A stretch of DNA of 41,315 bases from a virus. The stretch lies in IMG/VR virus record IMGVR_UViG_3300045988_009996, positions 1-41,315 of that record; one strand, given 5' to 3'. The position numbers and the translations under genes were made by a program. Each line of letters starts with the position of its first letter. Positions within the stretch are counted from its first letter, which is position 1. The notes below the pieces were generated by a model. That model saw only the letters and a program-made list of their open reading frames with translations, was not told the DNA's origin and did not search any database. Below are positions 16,171 to 23,525 of this stretch, piece by piece.

Positions 16171-16619
16171 TCGCTCCACCTCACGATCTTTTCCCGCACA
16201 CCCCATTGAAGTGCGTCATCGTGACTGTCAAAATACAGATCCAGCCGATTCCCGGCAATGGCGCCGCCGGTGTCCTGTACGGTGTATGTATGGCCGTCCA
16301 GTTCTATTTTCGTACCCATCGGCAGCACATCTGGGTCTGCGGCGATTGTCACGCCCTGGGTGGCCTTTTCGCCGGTGGCTGTGTAGCCATTTGCGTACGC
16401 CCCACAGCATTTTTCACAGGGGCAGTACGCCGTAACGGTGAATGCCGCTTCTTGCCTATAACCAGCCTTTTCAGCCGATTCTCGCTGCAATGCAACCGCC
16501 TGCGGCAGCCTATCCTCTGCTGGATTTTCATTTGTGCTGTATGTCTGCGCTGTCATCGCAATGGCCATCGCACCCAGCGTTGCCGCTGCCAGCACCATTA
16601 CCCCAGCAATCCGATTCAT
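16167..16619 (-). CDS. Secreted or membrane-anchored 3D-domain (RlpA/MltA-like) protein
   Basis: N-terminal hydrophobic segment IAGVMVLAAATLGAMAIAM. TAYCPCEKCCG...GVTIAADP..LPMGT...VQDTGGAI..NRLDLYF is typical of 3D domains. Confidence 0.65.
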   Translation of the reverse strand: MNRIAGVMVLAAATLGAMAIAMTAQTYSTNENPAEDRLPQAVALQRESAEKAGYRQEAAFTVTAYCPCEKCCGAYANGYTATGEKATQGVTIAADPDVLPMGTKIELDGHTYTVQDTGGAIAGNRLDLYFDSHDDALQWGVREKIVRWSE

Positions 16620-16661
16620 TTTGTCACATTTTCCCACCATTCCGTCCTTTCCTCCTGGTTT

Positions 16662-17054
16662 TTATTTCTCCCTGTTTGTCATTTCCGAAATAAATACCTC
16701 CGTCCGTGGGTTATCCTTGTCGTACAGCACCCGGCTCCCGTCGTGGCTAACGATAATGCCGCTGTGGTCGTCCTTGAGCACACCGGCCCTCACCAGCACA
16801 TCGTCGATGGATTCCAGCAAATTGGGCAAATCCACTCGCCGCCGGGTAGGCATATAAAACAGGCATTTGACCTCCACAGGCTCCTCAATGGGACGCTGCA
16901 TTTTGGCCCTTTTGCAGTGCCATAAAGCTTCCGACTCGTAGTCCATATACTGCTGGGACGGCATTATAAACGGCTTTCCCGTCTTGCTGCTGTGCATGAT
17001 TCGCATAGAGTTTTTCTTTGTGACGGGCGGCATCGGTATGGTTATCTTAATCAT
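16662..17054 (-). CDS. rusA: RusA-family Holliday junction resolvase
   Basis: PPVTKKNSMRI ... DLPNLLESIDDVLVRAGVLKDD matches the RusA pattern. Confidence 0.8.
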   Translation of the reverse strand: MIKITIPMPPVTKKNSMRIMHSSKTGKPFIMPSQQYMDYESEALWHCKRAKMQRPIEEPVEVKCLFYMPTRRRVDLPNLLESIDDVLVRAGVLKDDHSGIIVSHDGSRVLYDKDNPRTEVFISEMTNREK

Positions 17055-17244
17055 CTTCCTCCCCCTCCTCGATGGACACCGCTACATAGCCGGGCCGTCC
17101 TTTGTACCGTCTGCCGCTGTTGTATACTGCCTTGTAGATAGAGCGCCAGTTAATATGGCACATATTGGCAAGCTCAATGATGGAATCGGACACCGCCTCC
17201 GGTAGCTCGTACTTGTCCCGGCTTACTCGCATGTATACCGTCAT
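17047..17244 (-). CDS. Hypothetical small protein (65 aa)
   Basis: Overlapping junctions. Acidic tail. Confidence 0.45.
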   Translation of the reverse strand: MTVYMRVSRDKYELPEAVSDSIIELANMCHINWRSIYKAVYNSGRRYKGRPGYVAVSIEEGEEDD

Positions 17245-17549
17245 ACGCCCCTCGCTCTCTCCAGCAGCTCCTCCACGGTCATCTGTCCCGGCACCTGCAT
17301 GGCCTTTGCAAGCATGCTGTATGTGGCCAGCTCGTCCAGAGCCCGCTTGCGGTACATGGCAAGAAGCATCTTCTTCTCCTCGTCCGTCTCCGCCAGTTTA
17401 TACCCGCCATCCGGCAGAGCCACAATGGGCACCCCCTGCCGCCGCTGGGCTCGGATCATGTGCCTGTTTGCTCTGTCCGGCATACCGGTCAGCGTCTCCA
17501 GGTTCTCCCGGGTGTATGTAATGCCGGGAACCATGCGTAATGTGGTCAT
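17241..17549 (-). CDS. Hypothetical protein (102 aa)
   Basis: Start MTTLRMV is preceded by GGGGAGGA. Confidence 0.45.
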   Translation of the reverse strand: MTTLRMVPGITYTRENLETLTGMPDRANRHMIRAQRRQGVPIVALPDGGYKLAETDEEKKMLLAMYRKRALDELATYSMLAKAMQVPGQMTVEELLERARGV

Positions 17550-17550
17550 G

Positions 17551-19251
17551 TCAATCCTCCCCAAATCTCAGTTTCGTCACGGCGATAGGAAATTCCTCGA
17601 TCTCGCTTGCCCAGCGTGCCGTGCCTTTGCCGTGTATGCGCTCCCAGATCAGTGGGAACCCTCCGATTCCATCAAACAAGCTACCCAGCGTTGCCACCTC
17701 CGGCAGATACCGCGCCATGCGCCGCAGCATCCAGTCCCAGAAGGGCAGGGCGATGGAGTTACCCAGTGCCTTGTAGCGCGGGCTGTCGCTTGGTTTGCGC
17801 AGCTTTCCCCTGCTGTCACGCCACTTACCAATGTCTGTCCATCCGTCCGGGAAACCTTGCAGCCGTTCGCACTCCATCGGGGTAAGACGGCGCACAATCA
17901 TTCCGGTTCGGATGGTGTTTTGCAAATTCAAACTTTGCCCACCGCTTTCTTTTGCCTGCAAAGTCCCGTTTGTTTCTCCGCCCTCGCGGAAGTTTTGGCA
18001 GTCAATAGCGCACACAAGGTCTGTGCTGTCCTTAAAGTCCCGTTGCTTGCAACTGCTTGCAACCTTTCCGGCGCGGTAATCTCCGAACCCTTGCATTTGA
18101 TATGTCAGCGGCACTTGATTGCCGCCTGTTCCCATACGGGCTTGCAAACTCGGAACGATACAGGCGTGCGTCATATCCAGTGCAACCACCGCCGGGGTTT
18201 GGTTCGTCCCGCTGGGTGCCGCCGCCAGCGTGGGCGATACTTCCTCGCTGTACCCGATGCCGCCCGCCTGTGCGCCCTGTCCGGCCTTAAACCCGGCGCA
18301 CAATACGCTGTCCAGCGCCATGCCGCCGTTCTCGTTGGCAGATAATTCCATAACACCATTTCGTCCGGTGGACATCCCGCAGTTGACACCAATCGTGGAT
18401 GCGACATCGCCGGTCAGGTCACCATTGTAGCCGTCAACCCCTGAGATATATGCTACCCCGTGGCGGTCGCCAGCGGTCAGTGTGGGTGATTGATCGTCTG
18501 TCCGAAGTTCTGCGCCGCCCTGCTGTGTAGCCATGCATACGACAACATTAGATGGTCTTGATTGCCTGTTTTCTCCTTCTGCTCGCAATGTTTGAACGCC
18601 ATTCTGCCAATATCCAACACCTGTTTCTCCGTAAGCATGTGCTATACTTTCGCCTGTTCTACCAGAACCGCTTTCAGACGCTCCGGTAGGTCCTTCCCGC
18701 GCCGTTCCGCTCTCCGTAGGATGCCTTGACACGCTTTTGCGCTCAAAGAGTATTTCTCCTGCGGTGTCGCCTCCAAAATCTGCGACAACCGAGATACGAC
18801 GGCGGCGTTGGGGGACTCCCCAGTGTTGCGCGTCATGCACTCGCCAAGCCACGCTCCATCGTCCTCCCACCTCATCGTGGTAGCCCCCCCAAGTTGGCCA
18901 GCCTTTTTCAGGCACTTCAATATCGGGGGCTTCCGGCTCTGCGATGCGGATGATCTCTTCGAGGACTGCCGCGAAGTCTCTCCCTTTGTTGCTCGAGAAT
19001 GCTCCGGGCACATTTTCCCAGACCATAAACCGAGGTCTGACCATGTCACCTGTCCTTCCGTTTGCTCTGTCATGCTCTCTCATCTCCTTTACGATGCGGA
19101 TTTGCGCCATGAACAATCCGCTCCTTGCGCCGGCCAATCCGGCGCGTTTTCCCGCAATGCTCAGATCCTGGCACGGCGAGCCGCCCGTGATAACATCCAC
19201 GATTTCAATTTCTGCGCCGTTGATTTTCGTAATATCTCCCAGGTGCTTCAT
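17551..19251 (-). CDS. DNA (cytosine-5) methyltransferase, circularly permuted, with a long repetitive target-recognition region
   Basis: Motif order in the protein: IV GGSPCQDLS, VI WENVPG, VIII PQRRRRISV, long TRD, IX RRLTPMECERLQGFP, X ALGNSIALP, then motif I SLFDGIGGF at the extreme C-terminus. Confidence 0.85.
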   Translation of the reverse strand: MKHLGDITKINGAEIEIVDVITGGSPCQDLSIAGKRAGLAGARSGLFMAQIRIVKEMREHDRANGRTGDMVRPRFMVWENVPGAFSSNKGRDFAAVLEEIIRIAEPEAPDIEVPEKGWPTWGGYHDEVGGRWSVAWRVHDAQHWGVPQRRRRISVVADFGGDTAGEILFERKSVSRHPTESGTAREGPTGASESGSGRTGESIAHAYGETGVGYWQNGVQTLRAEGENRQSRPSNVVVCMATQQGGAELRTDDQSPTLTAGDRHGVAYISGVDGYNGDLTGDVASTIGVNCGMSTGRNGVMELSANENGGMALDSVLCAGFKAGQGAQAGGIGYSEEVSPTLAAAPSGTNQTPAVVALDMTHACIVPSLQARMGTGGNQVPLTYQMQGFGDYRAGKVASSCKQRDFKDSTDLVCAIDCQNFREGGETNGTLQAKESGGQSLNLQNTIRTGMIVRRLTPMECERLQGFPDGWTDIGKWRDSRGKLRKPSDSPRYKALGNSIALPFWDWMLRRMARYLPEVATLGSLFDGIGGFPLIWERIHGKGTARWASEIEEFPIAVTKLRFGED

Positions 19252-19266
19252 CTCCGTCCCCCCCTC

Positions 19267-19929
19267 TTACCAGTCCATGTATTCTTCCACGCTGCGCTTC
19301 ATCTGCTCGGAATTCGTGGCGGTCGGCATTGATTTTGTCGATTTCTGCGCAGAGTATTCCCACTCGTCCCACTTTTCGGCATTCCGACAGGCTGCTTTCC
19401 AGTCTTTCATTTTGTTTTTCCCGACCATCCAGCCCTTTGAAGCATAGAAATCGATAAATCTCTGCGGGTCTACCGGAGAATGGCGCTCAGCCACATAGGC
19501 ACGAACTTCCTCCAGCGTTGGGGGAACGAAGCGCTTCGCGCGTTTATCCCCCTTGCTATCGTCAGATAGCGGGGTATTGGTTTCGGTATCGGTTTTGGTT
19601 TCGGTATTGCCATTTTTGTCATTAGCAAATGTGGCTTTGCTATTTTTGCCATTAGCAAAAATGCGTTTGCTATTTTGCCATCTCGCAACGGCCCCGGCCT
19701 TGCCCGCTTCACTCCGGGTGGCAGAGATACCATCATAGCTTGCCTTAAAGCGATCTTCCTGTGCCATCACGCGCTTGGCATAAAATCTCTCATTGCCACA
19801 GAGCGCTATCTGCTCTCCCGTCATGCTGTATGCCAGCAATGCCCGCGTTAGCCGACCGAACTCTGCATCGTTGAGCGCTTCCATCTCCTCTAAATAATCA
19901 TAGGGGAGTGCAGCATAGTTTCTTGCCAT
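19267..19929 (-). CDS. Putative replication organizer/initiator (DUF6291/Lin1244-like N-terminus; C-terminal FVPPTLEEVRAYV...WKAACRNAEKW motif)
   Basis: Lies next to SSB and ERF. Contains internal iteron-like DNA repeats. Confidence 0.5.
   Translation of the reverse strand: MARNYAALPYDYLEEMEALNDAEFGRLTRALLAYSMTGEQIALCGNERFYAKRVMAQEDRFKASYDGISATRSEAGKAGAVARWQNSKRIFANGKNSKATFANDKNGNTETKTDTETNTPLSDDSKGDKRAKRFVPPTLEEVRAYVAERHSPVDPQRFIDFYASKGWMVGKNKMKDWKAACRNAEKWDEWEYSAQKSTKSMPTATNSEQMKRSVEEYMDW
19607..19690. repeat. Three tandem 30-bp iteron-like repeats inside the organizer gene (candidate origin)
   Basis: ttgccatttttgtcattagcaaa / ttgctatttttgccattagcaaa / ttgctattttgccatctcgcaa at a 30-bp period. 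Each unit has internal dyad symmetry TTTTTGC..GCAAAAA. Confidence 0.45.
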
Positions 19930-19941
19930 TGTGACACCGCC

Positions 19942-20337
19942 TTAAAACGGAAGGTCGCCGCCGTCGTCCTCGATTTCCTCAAAGGTGGGAGCGGAATTCC
20001 CGGTCGGCGCATCCTCGCGCTTACTGTCGCCGAAGTAGATATTGTCGGCCACCACCTCCGCGATGCGGCGCTTGTTACCCTCCTTATCCGTCCAGTCCCG
20101 CATCTGCAAGCGGCCCTCCACCACAGCCATGCGGCCCTTGGTGAAATACTTAGCGGCGAACTCCGCTGTATTGCGCCAGGCAACCACATCGATGAAGTCC
20201 GTTTCCTTGGTGCCGTCCGCGCTCTTGAAGTCGCGGTCCACAGCCAGCGCAAAGCTGGTAACGGCGTTCCCGCCCTGTGTCCTCCGCAGCTCCGGGTCCC
20301 GGGTCAAGCGGCCCATAATAAAAATTTTATTCAGCAT
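19942..20337 (-). CDS. ssb: Single-stranded DNA-binding protein
   Basis: MLNKIFIMGRLTRDPELR... OB-fold pattern and acidic C-terminal tail DDGGDLPF. Confidence 0.9.
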   Translation of the reverse strand: MLNKIFIMGRLTRDPELRRTQGGNAVTSFALAVDRDFKSADGTKETDFIDVVAWRNTAEFAAKYFTKGRMAVVEGRLQMRDWTDKEGNKRRIAEVVADNIYFGDSKREDAPTGNSAPTFEEIEDDGGDLPF

Positions 20338-20629
20338 TCTTTTCCTCCTGTTCCAGGTAGTTTTTCCCAAACTCCCTTATGAAATCTTCTTCTGTCCAGC
20401 CCTGCTCCCGCATGGCCTTTAATTGGCCGTATCTTTGCAGCTGCCGCATTTTTAAGGCGTTGTTGTGTACGGCGGTTTTCGCGAAGATATGGCATCTGCT
20501 GTGGCACAGATACACCACAAGGCCGTATCTCTCACTTTTCTTGCGGTAAGGGCCCGGGAATATGTGGTGCCGGTCCAGTGGGTCCTGTGCGCCGTTTCTG
20601 CCGCAAAGGAAGCACCGTTTCTCATCCAA
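20327..20629 (-). CDS. Small HNH/zinc-finger-like protein
   Basis: CFLCG...DRHHIFPG...LCHSRCHIF...VHNN. Confidence 0.45.
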   Translation of the reverse strand: MDEKRCFLCGRNGAQDPLDRHHIFPGPYRKKSERYGLVVYLCHSRCHIFAKTAVHNNALKMRQLQRYGQLKAMREQGWTEEDFIREFGKNYLEQEEKNAE

Positions 20630-21167
20630 TGCCCTGCGCCTCCTCCCATCGAGATTTCAGCGCATCCAGCTGCTGGGGTGTCATGGTCTCGATCCCGGCC
20701 TCCCGGCAGTCCTCGGTGATCGCGTCTATCAGTCGTGACATCTGCAAGGTGTCATAGGTGCTGGATCCGTACCACACCGTAACGCATACGCATCCGTCGA
20801 GCTTTGAGGGAAACCGCTCTGCCATCCAGCCGATGCCCTTTGCCGACCAGCTCTTACAGAAGAAATCGGCTGACTTTTCGGGGATGCACACCACATCTCT
20901 GACCCCGGGAATTTGTTTTATCTTCTCCCGATAAATATCCTCCGGGTTTAACCTGTAGTGCGCCGCCAGCTTATCCATCAGCACCCACGCATAGGCGTTG
21001 GCATCCAGGCTCCGGCCCCTGCGTTTAATCTGCGCCGTGTACTCCTTGCCGGGCTGCAGCTCGTCGCACACGGCCATTGCCGCCCGGGGGGACTGTACCC
21101 GGAGGCACAGCCACGCCCCATCGCTGTCCTGCTGCCACCGGGCGGCTGTCACATCAGCCTGCAGCAT
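20622..21167 (-). CDS. Recombination-module protein of unknown function
   Basis: 181 aa between the ERF and HNH-like genes. RSLDANAYAWVLMDKLA motif. Family not confidently recognised. Confidence 0.45.
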   Translation of the reverse strand: MLQADVTAARWQQDSDGAWLCLRVQSPRAAMAVCDELQPGKEYTAQIKRRGRSLDANAYAWVLMDKLAAHYRLNPEDIYREKIKQIPGVRDVVCIPEKSADFFCKSWSAKGIGWMAERFPSKLDGCVCVTVWYGSSTYDTLQMSRLIDAITEDCREAGIETMTPQQLDALKSRWEEAQGIG

Positions 21168-21744
21168 TGTCCTGCTCCTTCTTGGCAGCCTTCATGCAGT
21201 CAGCGCACATCTGCGCTCCGTAGCGGCCCTTGGAATACTTAACCATATCCTTTACCGTCCACATTTCGCCGTTGCGCTTCCTTACAGACACAATGTCCGA
21301 TCCGCACCGCGCACACACAGGTGCGGCGTTCCGCTCTTTCTCGTCCAGTTCGGCGGAGGAAATCTTGTCCGGGTCCTCGCCGGTGGGCAGTGCAAAGGTC
21401 CGCAACCACATATACTTGAAAGCGTATGTCATGGCCTTGCCGCTGCCCTTGTCCTGTGTGTCCGCGCCATCGCCGCAGGACGCAATTTCAATGTATTCTT
21501 CCGGGTTCTCCACATTCACCATGCGGTACAAAACATCCACATGGGTGATGTTGCCGGTTCTCGTTGCCGTTTGTGCGATGGGGTATACAACCAGTTTGTG
21601 TTTCAGCAGCTCCGCCCGCATGATGGATGTGACTTTCTCCTCACTCAGGGCTTTATACTTGGTGCTGCCGAACTCTACATGATCGTCCTTTGCAAGATAC
21701 TGGACATCCTGCATAATCGCAGCGATCTTCTCGTAGATATTCAA
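21154..21744 (-). CDS. ERF-family single-strand annealing protein
   Basis: GSGKAMTYAFKYMWLRTFALPTGEDPD is the typical ERF core. C-terminal zinc ribbon CARCG...CADC. Confidence 0.75.
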   Translation of the reverse strand: MNIYEKIAAIMQDVQYLAKDDHVEFGSTKYKALSEEKVTSIMRAELLKHKLVVYPIAQTATRTGNITHVDVLYRMVNVENPEEYIEIASCGDGADTQDKGSGKAMTYAFKYMWLRTFALPTGEDPDKISSAELDEKERNAAPVCARCGSDIVSVRKRNGEMWTVKDMVKYSKGRYGAQMCADCMKAAKKEQDNAAG

Positions 21745-21944
21745 AATTCTTCCTCCTCGTCAATAATTTCCAGCGGGCAGTGCGCACCAATGATTCTTGT
21801 GTCCATCAGATACTCGCCCGTTCTCCTGCACTGGTTGCGGGAATATGTTTCCAGCAGAGGGCAGAGGTTACACGCCATATGCCCCTCCGGGAAGTAAATA
21901 TCCACGGATGTCTTGATGTACCGCGATACGCCGCCGTCGCTCAT
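21741..21944 (-). CDS. Hypothetical Cys-containing small protein
   Basis: ATGA-coupled start MSDGG. Confidence 0.4.
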   Translation of the reverse strand: MSDGGVSRYIKTSVDIYFPEGHMACNLCPLLETYSRNQCRRTGEYLMDTRIIGAHCPLEIIDEEEEF

Positions 21945-22135
21945 TCCCACGCCTCCTCGATATACGCCTCATTGTTGCTGACGCACTCGCCGCAAAGCCA
22001 AACCCCCTTGTAATGCAATGCACAATCCTCCTGAATCGGCTCCCCGCAGCAGTCGCACACGGGGTGCCGATCGGTCTGCCTGTCCTGCTCTGCGGCGTAG
22101 CACTCCGCGTCCCATACCGGATCAGATGTCCACAT
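21941..22135 (-). CDS. Hypothetical zinc-ribbon small protein (start uncertain)
   Basis: CDCCGEPI...WLCGEC. Confidence 0.4.
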   Translation of the reverse strand: MWTSDPVWDAECYAAEQDRQTDRHPVCDCCGEPIQEDCALHYKGVWLCGECVSNNEAYIEEAWE

Positions 22136-22412
22136 CAGATGCATCCTCCTTTTCCGGCTCCAGCTTCCACACATCCCGGGTGACCTTGGAAACCTGGGGG
22201 ATATCCCCCCAATACAGGGCGCGCAAGAAATCGTCCTCACTGGTTCCGCACAGAACAAAGTGCGGCCCTGTAATGACCTTGTACCCGGAATATACGGTTG
22301 TCTTATTGCTGCCGCTAACCAGGTCGCCCACCTCGGCCACATCGCGCTCCGACCGCATAGCTACCCGGACGCCGCACCTTTCAGCCACGATGGCGTAGTA
22401 ATGTCTTTGCAT
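22122..22412 (-). CDS. Hypothetical early protein (96 aa)
   Basis: Start MQRHYYAIV with GGGAGG at appropriate spacing. Confidence 0.45.
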   Translation of the reverse strand: MQRHYYAIVAERCGVRVAMRSERDVAEVGDLVSGSNKTTVYSGYKVITGPHFVLCGTSEDDFLRALYWGDIPQVSKVTRDVWKLEPEKEDASDVDI

Positions 22413-22431
22413 CTTCATTCCTCCCAAATTC

Positions 22432-22530
22432 TCACTTGCCTGGTCTATCCAGTTTGTCCACCAGCTTCACGAACATCCACGCCACCGTAGCCGCGCCGAT
22501 GATCACCAGCGTCAATGTGTAACCGTCCAT
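22432..22530 (-). CDS. Small single-pass membrane peptide (32 aa)
   Basis: MDGYTLTLVIIGAATVAWMFVKLVDKLDRPGK with a GGGAGGAG RBS. Confidence 0.4.
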   Translation of the reverse strand: MDGYTLTLVIIGAATVAWMFVKLVDKLDRPGK

Positions 22531-22532
22531 GT

Positions 22533-22730
22533 TTACTCCTCCCGCTCCGCAATCCACGCATCCAGCTTCTTTTTGAAAATCTGAAATACACGGCTGCGGT
22601 CGGTACGGATGCACACGCCGAAGGGGTACACGCCCTGCTCCAGGCCGTCGGCCAGGGTGTCAGAACAAAGGCTCAATCCCTTATCTCTAAGATACTTCGA
22701 TGCCTGGTGCAGCGTCATGGTTTCGATCAT
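22533..22730 (-). CDS. Small HTH (excisionase/MerR-like) DNA-binding protein
   Basis: MTLHQASKYLRDKGLSLCSDTL... ATGA-coupled to the cro-like gene. Confidence 0.45.
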   Translation of the reverse strand: MIETMTLHQASKYLRDKGLSLCSDTLADGLEQGVYPFGVCIRTDRSRVFQIFKKKLDAWIAEREE

Positions 22731-22921
22731 TTGTCATCCTCCTTCTTCAACAGCTCGTCCACCGTGCAGCCGTACAGCTCGGCGATCTCCGGCAAGCGGC
22801 TGGCCCTCGGTGCCTGCGTGCCGGTCTCCCACATGTAAACCGCCGCATCCGTCACCTTTAGTTTCTCGATTACCTGCTTGACACTCAGACCAGCGGCCAA
22901 TCGAGCGCTGCGAAAACTCAT
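22727..22921 (-). CDS. Cro-like XRE-family HTH regulator
   Basis: MSFRSARLAAGLSVKQVIEKLKVTDAAVYMWETG. First gene of the leftward early operon. GGAGGTG RBS. Confidence 0.7.
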   Translation of the reverse strand: MSFRSARLAAGLSVKQVIEKLKVTDAAVYMWETGTQAPRASRLPEIAELYGCTVDELLKKEDDK

Positions 22922-22956
22922 TCTTTCACCTCCAGTTTGCATTTACTTAGTTTTCG

Positions 22957-22985
22957 TTGACTGTGGCGGGGGAATTTGTTATACT
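22957..22985 (+). promoter_or_regulatory. Sigma-70-type promoter (TTGACT, 17 nt, TATACT) facing right; its -10 overlaps a leftward -10 (TATAAC) for the cro-like operon
   Basis: Hexamers and spacing counted directly from the sequence. Confidence 0.6.
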
Positions 22986-22991
22986 GCCTTT

Positions 22992-23284
22992 AGCCCTTGC
23001 GGCAAATTTAAGGAGGTGGACTTTTTGACCAACCTTTTGACTTTGCCCGTTCCAGACCGAAGTACCGGCGCAATGCGATAGGGTCAGGCTGCCCCAGAAC
23101 TGCCAAAGTGAGCGGTGCGTCACAGAAACGGAAGTCCGTTTTTCGTCAGACTGGCATTTCCGAGCCGCAAGAATGACGGCTTGGCCATCGGCTAAGGATT
23201 GCCGGTGAACAGTCTGTGCAGCGCACTCTGGTAACAAATCTGGGAGGAAAACGCCCGCAAACGGACTGCGGGTGTTTTTCTTTT
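22992..23284 (+). ncRNA. Predicted non-coding transcript of about 290 nt, bounded by a consensus promoter and an intrinsic terminator
   Basis: The only short ORF is 18 codons (TTG start after AAGGAGGTG). Several stems of 6 to 8 bp, for example CCGAGCCG..CGGCUUGG. Confidence 0.4.
23252..23284. terminator. Bidirectional intrinsic terminator
   Basis: CGCCCGCA-aacggac-TGCGGGTG followed by TTTTTCTTTT. An A-rich tract lies on the other side. Confidence 0.7.
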
Positions 23285-23327
23285 CGCCTTTTCCTCCTCT
23301 CCGCAATCAACAAAAACTAAGTTTTAC

Positions 23328-23355
23328 TTGACAACTTAGCAAACTGTGGTATTAT
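23328..23355 (+). promoter_or_regulatory. Repressor promoter (TTGACA, 16 nt, TGgTATTAT extended -10) overlapped by the inverted repeat CTAAGTT..AACTTAG
   Basis: Counted directly. The upstream 16-mer is near-identical to the one at 22944..22962. Confidence 0.6.
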
Positions 23356-23525
23356 GGAAGTGCCAACAACCCTTAATATTTTCCGCAGTCCGCTAAGTGC
23401 AGGGGGGCTTGGTTTTGTATTGCCTCCCGACGATTCTAATTATAACTAATTAGAAATTATAAGTCAACCACTTTCTATTAGTTTTTATTAGTTTCGGCGA
23501 ACTGCACAATATATACGAGGTGCAA

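Noticed and set aside
17299-18345. 348-aa plus-strand ORF antisense to the C5 methyltransferase
   Set aside because: The opposite strand carries clear methyltransferase motifs. There is no RBS and the composition is biased (Ala/Arg/Ser/Cys rich).
22947-23306. 119-aa minus-strand ORF (TTG start) spanning the switch intergenic region
   Set aside because: It has no RBS. It runs through a bidirectional terminator and both divergent promoters. Its composition is Arg/Ser/Cys/Trp rich and does not look coding. It remains the main alternative to the ncRNA interpretation.
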